A stretch of 32,000 nt of DNA from Alkalicoccus daliensis (GTDB lineage Bacteria; Bacillota; Bacilli; Bacillales; Salisediminibacteriaceae): positions 1 through 32,000 of the forward strand of contig NZ_FNIL01000014.1 of assembly GCF_900103955.1 (NCBI RefSeq), given 5' to 3'. The notes beneath the pieces were generated by a model that worked only from the letters and a program-made list of their open reading frames with translations, did no database searches and was not told the origin of the DNA. Positions 25,722 to 32,000 of the stretch are shown here, in pieces (positions within the stretch are counted from its first letter, which is position 1; each line of letters starts with the position of its first letter). Both the position numbers and the translations under genes were made by a program.

Positions 25722-27509
25722 ATGCGGCTTAGCGGATTTGCTACCGGAATGGATATCAATCAGATGGTGAAGGATTTAATGCAGGCGGAAAAAATGCCTT
25801 TAAAAAAATTAGAGCAGAATAAAACATCTACACAGTGGAAGATTGATCAATACAGAGAAATTAATGTGAAGATGGATAAATTCAGAAACAATACGTTTGA
25901 TAATGTCATGCGACGTGCCAATATGATGATGAATACGGTAGTGAGTTCCAACGCATCGCTTGTCACTGCGACAGGAAATGCATCTACGTTAGAAGGAACG
26001 CTGCGTTTAACAGAAGTGAAAAAACTGGCTTCCGCAGCTTCAAATGCGAGCAGTGCTCCGGTAGCTGATAAATTAAATGTGACCGGAAAACTTTCTGAAC
26101 AGAATTTTAAAGCAGCGGAAGGGGAAATGTGGAAAACAGGAACGGTAAACAGGCAGACGGTGACCGTACAGCAGTCACAATCTACCATTGATTTGAACGT
26201 GGAGCTCGGAAATCCTGATTCCACAGTCGTGCGGGTCAATGGGGTTTCTTATAAGGTAGTAGAAGAAATGCCGGAAGGCGGACTAACTGCAACACAGGTA
26301 ATGCTTGATGCGGATTCCAAACAGCTTGTATTCGGCTCTGCTTTAGCCCGGAATGCTAAGGTGGAAGTTGTGACGGCAATTGAAGGAGAAGGAACGGATA
26401 AATTCTCCATGAATTCTATTACTACTTTTAATAAAGACGGCCAGGAAGTAAAGGAAAACTTTATTGTTACCGGTAATCAGACTATGAATGAAGTTATGTC
26501 TATGCTGAACCGTTCAAAAGCAGGCGTCAGCACTTTTTATGATACAGGAACGGACCGTGTCTCCATCGTACGGAACGATACTGGAATTTTTGCTCCGGAA
26601 GGCAGTGAAATGCGTTTTTCCGGCTCCTTTTTCGAACAGGGACTAAAGCTGAGCGATACGAATGAAATTGCCGCACAAAATGCAACGTTTACGATTAACG
26701 GTTTGGAAACAACGAGGCGTTCCAATACTTTTTCGGTCAACGGCATGAACATTACGCTGCATGAAACTTTTGCAAACCGGGAAGTGAATTTAAACGTTAA
26801 GCGGGATACAGATAAAATTGTAGAAACGATTATGTCTTTTGTAAATGAATATAATGAACTTCTCGAACTGGTGAATGGTAAAACAAGCCAGGAATTTTTC
26901 CGGGATTATCCACCGCTGACAGAAGAAGAACGGCGTGAGTTATCAGAGCGGGAAGCAGAACTCTGGGATGAAAAAGCAATGAGCGGCCTGCTCCGCAATG
27001 ATTCCATGCTGAGAAACGGCATGAATAATTTCCGCCAGCAGATGTACGGCCAGGTAACAGGCGGGATTGATACGCAAATACGGCAGCTTGCCCAGATAGG
27101 AATTACCACTACGTCCAATTTCCGTGACGGCGGAAAGCTGGAAGTAAATGAAGATCGTCTTCGTGCAGCTATCGAAAGCGATGCAGAGGGTGTCTATCAG
27201 CTGTTCGCGGCAGATGGTCCCACCCAGGCAGAGCAGGGAATTGCCAGAAGAGTCCGGACGAGTGCGAATACAATGATTGAAGCGATTGCGCAGAGAGCCG
27301 GAGGAATGCGGGGACGAACGGTGAACCAGCAGTTTACGCTCGGCCGGGAAATGAACAATATCGAAGACCGGATGACGAATTTTGAGCGGCGGATGAAGCA
27401 GGTGGAGCAGCGCTACTGGACACAGTTTACTGCGATGGAAAAAGCGGTATCCCGGGCAAATTCCCAGGGAGAAGCACTTTTTGCACAAATGTACGGAGGC
27501 ATGCAGTAA
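25722..27509 (+). CDS. fliD: Flagellar filament-capping protein FliD (copy 2)
   Basis: 'LSGFATGMDINQMVKDLMQAEKMPLKKLEQNKTSTQWKIDQYREINVKMDKFRNNTFDNVM' and C-terminal 'GGKLEVNEDRLRAAIESDAEGVYQLFAADG...MTNFERRMKQVEQRYWTQFTAMEKAV'. ATG 25722 behind AGAGGAG. Confidence 0.93.
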   Translation: MRLSGFATGMDINQMVKDLMQAEKMPLKKLEQNKTSTQWKIDQYREINVKMDKFRNNTFDNVMRRANMMMNTVVSSNASLVTATGNASTLEGTLRLTEVKKLASAASNASSAPVADKLNVTGKLSEQNFKAAEGEMWKTGTVNRQTVTVQQSQSTIDLNVELGNPDSTVVRVNGVSYKVVEEMPEGGLTATQVMLDADSKQLVFGSALARNAKVEVVTAIEGEGTDKFSMNSITTFNKDGQEVKENFIVTGNQTMNEVMSMLNRSKAGVSTFYDTGTDRVSIVRNDTGIFAPEGSEMRFSGSFFEQGLKLSDTNEIAAQNATFTINGLETTRRSNTFSVNGMNITLHETFANREVNLNVKRDTDKIVETIMSFVNEYNELLELVNGKTSQEFFRDYPPLTEEERRELSEREAELWDEKAMSGLLRNDSMLRNGMNNFRQQMYGQVTGGIDTQIRQLAQIGITTTSNFRDGGKLEVNEDRLRAAIESDAEGVYQLFAADGPTQAEQGIARRVRTSANTMIEAIAQRAGGMRGRTVNQQFTLGREMNNIEDRMTNFERRMKQVEQRYWTQFTAMEKAVSRANSQGEALFAQMYGGMQ

Positions 27510-27576
27510 CACTTTCGGTGCTTTTCGACGGAAATCAGCTTGTTAATGAATTTTTGCTTGGGCAGGGGGAAGAAAA

Positions 27577-27933
27577 TTGACGAACTTAAGAGAACTGTAT
27601 GCTTCAACTCGCGCTCTTTACGATCATCTGCTGGAAGATTTCCCTAAAGAAGATGAAAAAAGAGACAATTATATTGAAAAGGTAAATCAACTTCTTGATC
27701 AACGGGAACAGCTTATGACATCTCTTCAGCCGCCCTCTACATCCGGTGAAAAAAAAGTAGCACAGGAGATTTTCCGGTTAAATAAAGAGATTCAGGAAAA
27801 ATTAAAAACAAATCAGCAGCGGATCCAGACAGACATAAATCAGCTTAATCAGAAAAAGAACACTGGCCGCCGTTATGAAAATCCATACGATGGTCCCACT
27901 CCAGATGGTGTCTTTTTCGATTCAAAAAAATAA
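27577..27933 (+). CDS. fliT: FliT-like flagellar protein
   Basis: 118 aa helical, TTG start with AGGGGGA RBS; C-terminal 'RRYENPYDGPTPDGVFFDSKK' resembles the Bacillus FliT-type tail; sits between fliD and flaG. Confidence 0.65.
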   Translation: MTNLRELYASTRALYDHLLEDFPKEDEKRDNYIEKVNQLLDQREQLMTSLQPPSTSGEKKVAQEIFRLNKEIQEKLKTNQQRIQTDINQLNQKKNTGRRYENPYDGPTPDGVFFDSKK

Positions 27934-27949
27934 ATTTTAGAATTGAGTG

Positions 27950-27974
27950 TAAAATTGTGACTTTCGTCCGATAT
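27950..27974 (+). promoter_or_regulatory. Possible SigD-type promoter with short spacer (TAAA-N13-TCCGATAT)
   Basis: TAAA 27950-27953, TCCGATATAAGGGA from 27967; upstream of flaG. Confidence 0.5.
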
Positions 27975-28011
27975 AAGGGATGTGGTACTTCAATTACGAG
28001 GAGTTGATCAC

Positions 28012-28395
28012 ATGGAAGTGCAATCAATGCGCTCGGGACAGGAACTGCCGCCGTTGAAAAAAACGGAAGCAGCACCTGTTCAGCTGCGACAGGCTTCAAT
28101 ACCACAAGGAAGTGCAGACAAAGGCTCCCGGGAGGATGTAACACATTCTCTGGAGCGGAGCAAGGAGTGGTCGCAGGACGATCTCGACCGGGGCATAGAA
28201 GCAATGAATGATCTTTCTGTTTTCAGAGAGAGATCCCTTGCCTTTGAGCATCATGAAAAGCTCAATCGGACAATGGTAAAAATCATTGATCGGGAAACGG
28301 AAGAAGTTGTCCGGGAAATCCCTCCAGAAAAGTTTCTGGATATGATCTCCTCCATGCTCGAATTCGCCGGTATTATTATCGACGAAAAAGTTTAA
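28012..28395 (+). CDS. flaG: Flagellar protein FlaG
   Basis: C-terminal 'LAFEHHEKLNRTMVKIIDRETEEVVREIPPEKFLDMISSMLEFAGIIIDEKV' is typical of FlaG; ATG 28012. Confidence 0.9.
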   Translation: MEVQSMRSGQELPPLKKTEAAPVQLRQASIPQGSADKGSREDVTHSLERSKEWSQDDLDRGIEAMNDLSVFRERSLAFEHHEKLNRTMVKIIDRETEEVVREIPPEKFLDMISSMLEFAGIIIDEKV

Positions 28396-28398
28396 GGA

Positions 28399-28455
28399 AA
28401 ACACAAACAGCGGAAAGCCGGCAATGCTGGTTCTTTCCGCTTTTGTGTTTTTTTA
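28399..28455 (+). terminator. Intrinsic terminator after flaG
   Basis: AAACACAAACAGCGGAAAG ... CTTTCCGCTTTTGTGTTTTTTT. Confidence 0.85.
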
Positions 28456-28477
28456 TTGATTTGGAGGAGATAGTTCA

Positions 28478-29107
28478 GGATAGCGTGGTGACATGTCAGT
28501 ATAGAGGATTTATGTGTCATTATAGAGGGTTTGCATGTTAGTATAGCCGGTTTGTATTAAAGCATAGCGGCATCGGAGTAAAGCATAGCGGATTTGGAGT
28601 AAAATAAGGTGCGTGACAGTAAAATAAGCGGGCACGGACGTAAATTAGCTTCTTTATTTTAAGTTTCTCTATCGGGGAACGGTTTTAAATGAAGAAGGTA
28701 ATATGCTTTTATGGCTTTTGAGTCCGAATCAGTACAGGATAGCGTGGTGACATGTCAGTATAGAGGGTTTGCATGTTAATATAGCCGGTTTGGATTAAAG
28801 CATAGCGGCATCGGAGTAAAGCATAGCGGATTTGGAGTAAAATAAGGTGCGTGACAGTAATATAAACGGGCACGGACGTAAATTAACTTCTTTATTTTAA
28901 GTTTCTCTATCAGGAAACGGTTTTAAATGAAGAAGGTAATATGCTTTTACGACTTGCGCTCTCGGGTCAGTAAAGTATAGCGTGGTGACATGTCATTATA
29001 GAGGGTTCGCATGTTAGTATAGCCGGTTTGGATTAAAGCATAGCGGCATCGGAGTAAAGCATAGCGGATTTGGAGTAAAATAGGGTGCGTGACAGTAAAA
29101 TAAGCTC
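28478..29107. repeat. Tandem super-repeat array, 238-bp period, built from 21-nt sub-repeats, between flaG and fliS
   Basis: 'gcatgttaRtatagccggttt' at 28533, 28771 and 29009 (238-bp period); 'tagcgtggtgacatg' at 28481, 28740 and 28978, where the first interval is 259 = 238 + 21, i.e. one extra sub-repeat. Confidence 0.95.
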
Positions 29108-29170
29108 CCCTCTTTCCCGGAACAATGAGCGGCTTCCCTTCATTTTGGAAAAGAATTTCTAGCATACACC

Positions 29171-29197
29171 TAAAACTTTCGACCTGTGTGCCGATAT
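29171..29197 (+). promoter_or_regulatory. SigD-type promoter (TAAA-N15-GCCGATAT) for fliS
   Basis: TAAA 29171-29174, 15-nt spacer, GCCGATAT 29190-29197. Confidence 0.88.
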
Positions 29198-29285
29198 AAG
29201 GGACAGGTTGAAAATAACTGCTCGGCAGAAGAGTCTATGTGTTATGTGCCGAAGATTTTAATGATAGAAAGGGTGTCCATGTAGC

Positions 29286-29852
29286 ATGGCTGCAAACAAT
29301 CCATACGCAACATACAAGCAGAATTCATTTGAGACAAAGTCCGCAGGGGAATTAACGTTAATGCTTTATGAAGGCTGCCTAAAGTTTATAAAGCGGGCAG
29401 AAAAGGCAATAGATGACAATCAGATGGAAGAAAAGAATACGAATCTTATTAAAGCGCAGAATATTGTACGTGAGCTGATGGTTACTTTGGATATGAAAGT
29501 GGCAGTTAGTAAAGACATGCTGCCGATGTATGATTATATTTTAAATCAGCTGATTGAAGCAAATATGAAAAACGATAAAGAAGCACTTCAGAATGCTGCA
29601 CAGTTTGTGGCAGATTTCCGAGATACGTGGAAGGAAGTTATTAAAGCAGACAGGCAGTCCCGTCACGGGCAGAAAGCCGCCCCAGCTGAGCCGGCAGCAG
29701 CACCGTCTGAACCGGCCGCAGCTCCTTCGAAACAAGATGCTACCGTTAATCCGTATGCCAAGGCGCGGATGCAGAATCCATATGCAGCAAATGCATCAAA
29801 TCCTTATGCAAAAGCGAAGCAGGCAGCCGCCGCTGCTGCGGCAAAAGGGTAA
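29286..29852 (+). CDS. fliS: Flagellar export chaperone FliS with extended NPYA-repeat tail
   Basis: 'NNPYATYKQNSFETKSAGELTLMLYEGCLKFIKRAEKAIDDNQMEEKNTNLIKAQNIVRELM' core; C-terminal Ala/Pro linker then 'NPYAKARMQNPYAANASNPYAKAKQ'. Confidence 0.93.
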   Translation: MAANNPYATYKQNSFETKSAGELTLMLYEGCLKFIKRAEKAIDDNQMEEKNTNLIKAQNIVRELMVTLDMKVAVSKDMLPMYDYILNQLIEANMKNDKEALQNAAQFVADFRDTWKEVIKADRQSRHGQKAAPAEPAAAPSEPAAAPSKQDATVNPYAKARMQNPYAANASNPYAKAKQAAAAAAAKG

Positions 29853-29861
29853 CACGCAGAA

Positions 29862-29886
29862 AACGTCCTTTGGGGCGTTTTTTTGT
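29862..29886 (+). terminator. Intrinsic terminator after fliS
   Basis: AAACGTCC tttg GGGCGTTTTTTT. Confidence 0.8.
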
Positions 29887-29948
29887 TGATGCTGGAGTAG
29901 GTGGTATATCTAATGATATGATGAAAAAAAGGTATATGGGGTGATAAA

Positions 29949-30347
29949 TTGAAGGGAATTACAGAAAAACAGCGTATATTTTTAACGCAGTATGCAGGAT
30001 TGCTGCAGGAAATAGATGATGCTGCGCAGTATGCAGGGGAGTGTTATATCCAGGGGGACGAAGACATTGCAGACAGGCTGCTTGCTTCTGTAAGTACCGG
30101 GCTTATCCCTTATAATCCGGAAAATATGACCCTCACCTCTATTTTCATAGAGGATAAAGAAGCGATGGATCAGCTCCAGCATCATTACAGCGCCGTTCTG
30201 ACAGCAACACAGCTGACAGAAGAATTCACATCTACAAAAGAAAAAATGCAATTTTTACACGAAACTTTTATTCCGGCACTGCACCAGTGGCATTTAACTG
30301 TGCAAAAATACAATCCAAACGGAGGAAACCAATATGCCCCTCATTGA
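29949..30347 (+). CDS. Hypothetical helical protein downstream of fliS
   Basis: 132 aa; TTG start behind 'ggggtgat'; overlaps the next gene by 14 nt. Family not recognised. Confidence 0.6.
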   Translation: MKGITEKQRIFLTQYAGLLQEIDDAAQYAGECYIQGDEDIADRLLASVSTGLIPYNPENMTLTSIFIEDKEAMDQLQHHYSAVLTATQLTEEFTSTKEKMQFLHETFIPALHQWHLTVQKYNPNGGNQYAPH

Positions 30348-31299
30348 TCTGCCTTTAGATAAACTATATACATATAATGGAAGGATGGCTAAGCCCAATG
30401 ACTTTGATGCTTATTGGGACAGAGCCCTGCAGGAACTTCAAGATACACATTCAGAAGTGGAAATTTCAAAAAGCAGCTTTCAGACATCGTTTGCGGACTG
30501 CTATGATTTATACTTTACGGGAGTAAAAGGGGCGCGTATTTATGCTAAGTATGTGCAGCCGCATCATCCTCCCGAAGGAAAAGATACGTTTCCAGCGGTG
30601 CTTGAATTTCATGGATACAGTATGAATTCCGGAGACTGGACTTCAAAGCTTGCTTACGCAGCTGCAGGATATGCTGTATTTTCTATGGATGTGCGCGGCC
30701 AGGGAGGGAAATCGGAGGATCCCGGCGGCGTTCAGGGGAATACACTGGAAGGCCATATTATCCGTGGGGCTGCAGAAGGAGAAGATTCGCTGTTTTTCCG
30801 CAATGTGTATCTGGATACAGTACAGCTGGCGAGAATCGTCATGAAGATGAAAGAGATTGATGAAACAGACGTCTCTGTAACTGGGTGGTCACAGGGGGGA
30901 GGGCTGACGCTTGCCTGTGCAGCTCTGGAACCGCGTGTGAAAAAAGCAGCAGCGGTGTACCCGTTTTTAAGTGACTATCTGCGCGTATGGGAAATGGATC
31001 TGGCAGTAGATGCATACAAAGAAATGCGCACACATTTCCGAAGACACGATCCGACCCATGAGAGAAAAGAAGAATTTTTTGCGAGGCTGAATTATATCGA
31101 TATCAGGCATTTAATGCCCCGGATAAAGGGAGAAATTATGATGGGGACAGGATTAATGGATACCGTCTGCCCTCCTTCCACGCAGTTTGCGGCCTACAAT
31201 AACATCACTTCCAAAAAAGAAGTTGTTATTTATCCGGACTTTGCCCATGAAAATCTGCCCGGGATGCATGATCGCATATGGTCATTTCTCACCAAGTAA
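30334..31299 (+). CDS. Carbohydrate esterase family 7 (acetyl xylan esterase / cephalosporin-C deacetylase-like)
   Basis: 'AVLEFHGYSMNSGDW', 'VFSMDVRGQGGKSED', nucleophile 'VTGWSQGGGLTLACAALEPRV', 'GLMDTVCPPSTQFAAYN', terminal 'FAHE'. Confidence 0.92.
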   Translation: MPLIDLPLDKLYTYNGRMAKPNDFDAYWDRALQELQDTHSEVEISKSSFQTSFADCYDLYFTGVKGARIYAKYVQPHHPPEGKDTFPAVLEFHGYSMNSGDWTSKLAYAAAGYAVFSMDVRGQGGKSEDPGGVQGNTLEGHIIRGAAEGEDSLFFRNVYLDTVQLARIVMKMKEIDETDVSVTGWSQGGGLTLACAALEPRVKKAAAVYPFLSDYLRVWEMDLAVDAYKEMRTHFRRHDPTHERKEEFFARLNYIDIRHLMPRIKGEIMMGTGLMDTVCPPSTQFAAYNNITSKKEVVIYPDFAHENLPGMHDRIWSFLTK

Positions 31300-31425
31300 C
31301 TCTAGGGAATTAGAAGTGTTTATGCAATTTTCTGACAAGAATGCTTTGTTTAGGTTTACCATCATCTGTTAAGTGATATAGAGACGTGTAGCGTAATTAA
31401 ATATATCAACAGGAGGTTTTAAGTA

Positions 31426-31743
31426 ATGGTAGATCCAAAAAAACAAGCGGAAGAAAAACTGGAAGATACTTCAGAAGATCGCAAACAGGAGATTCTTGAC
31501 AGCTTCCAAGGATTCCTTGATTATTTGAATAAGCAAGTAAATCGCGGTGAAAAGCTGGGTCTTGGTGAAGAGCAGCTTGCAAAAGGTGCGGAAAGAGTAG
31601 CTGAGCATTTGAAAAACCATGAAGAGCCTCAAAATTCGGAAGAAAAGCTTTTACAGGAACTCTGGAAAGTAGCAGAAGACGAAGAAAAGCGCCATATTGC
31701 ACGTGCGCTGGTACGTTTGGCACAGCAGGAAGGCAACGCATAA
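31426..31743 (+). CDS. DUF3243 family protein
   Basis: 'FQGFLDYLNKQVNRGEKLGLGEEQLAKGAERVAEHLKNHEEPQNSEEKLLQELWKVAEDEEKRHIARALVRLAQ'; AGGAGG RBS. Confidence 0.8.
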   Translation: MVDPKKQAEEKLEDTSEDRKQEILDSFQGFLDYLNKQVNRGEKLGLGEEQLAKGAERVAEHLKNHEEPQNSEEKLLQELWKVAEDEEKRHIARALVRLAQQEGNA

Positions 31744-31757
31744 ATGAATTAAAAGTA

Positions 31758-31784
31758 AGACCGGCCGTTTTTTCTGCCGGTCTT
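31758..31784. terminator. Intrinsic terminator
   Basis: AAGACCGGC ... GCCGGTCTT. Confidence 0.8.
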
Positions 31785-31792
31785 TATTTATG

Positions 31793-32000
31793 TTATTTTG
31801 TTTTTAAAATCACCGCTTCCAATGGTGCGAGATCGATATGCAGCCTCCCGTTTTCCAGAATTTGTTCCTGATCATCTGCCAAATTATAAAAAGTGCCTGT
31901 ACCAAGGTCGGAAAGAGTAACTGTCTGCCTGTTCTCCGCACTGTTCATCACAATGATAAACCGATGCAGCTCGTCACTTCTTTCGTACGCGACATACTTT
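31793..32000 (-). CDS. C-terminal end of a probable alpha-amylase-family glycosidase (truncated by window edge)
   Basis: Minus-strand reading: KYVAYERSDELHRFIIVMNSAENRQTVTLSDLGTGTFYNLADDQEQILENGRLHIDLAPLEAVILKTK*, matching the beta-sandwich tail typical of GH13 enzymes. Confidence 0.6.
   Translation of the reverse strand, partial: KYVAYERSDELHRFIIVMNSAENRQTVTLSDLGTGTFYNLADDQEQILENGRLHIDLAPLEAVILKTK

Noticed and set aside
20503-28478. Flagellar-region cassette as a transposon insertion
   Set aside because: No transposase, terminal inverted repeats or target-site duplication could be identified by eye around the cassette between the two fliD genes.

Overview
The window looks like a low-to-mid-GC Firmicute chromosome, probably a haloalkaliphilic Bacillaceae (inferred from gene content and very acidic lipoproteins). 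Recognisable loci are: the des-desK-desR membrane-fluidity operon; clpE with CtsR-type operators; a dbpA/yxiN-like DEAD-box helicase; the spore-associated yyaC; a rhodanese-type sulfurtransferase; and a flagellar late-assembly region. That region runs fliD copy 1, then an inserted DUF2812/PadR/TetR/CDF cassette, then fliD copy 2, fliT-like, flaG and fliS, followed by a hypothetical gene, a CE7 esterase and a DUF3243 gene. Several SigD-type promoters can be read directly in the flagellar region. The most unusual signals are: (a) three intergenic arrays with a shared ~21-bp periodicity around (G)AGTAAA, two of them organised into 262-bp and 238-bp tandem super-repeats; (b) a cluster of three paralogous small acidic lipoproteins, one carrying seven MMN-Asp(n) repeats; (c) two fliD paralogs separated by a regulator/transporter cassette; (d) a FliS with a C-terminal tail repeating its own N-terminal NPYA motif; (e) a perfect-consensus SigD promoter followed about 110 nt later by an intrinsic-terminator-like hairpin upstream of fliD copy 1. 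No rRNA, tRNA, CRISPR, IS transposase or phage genes were recognised.
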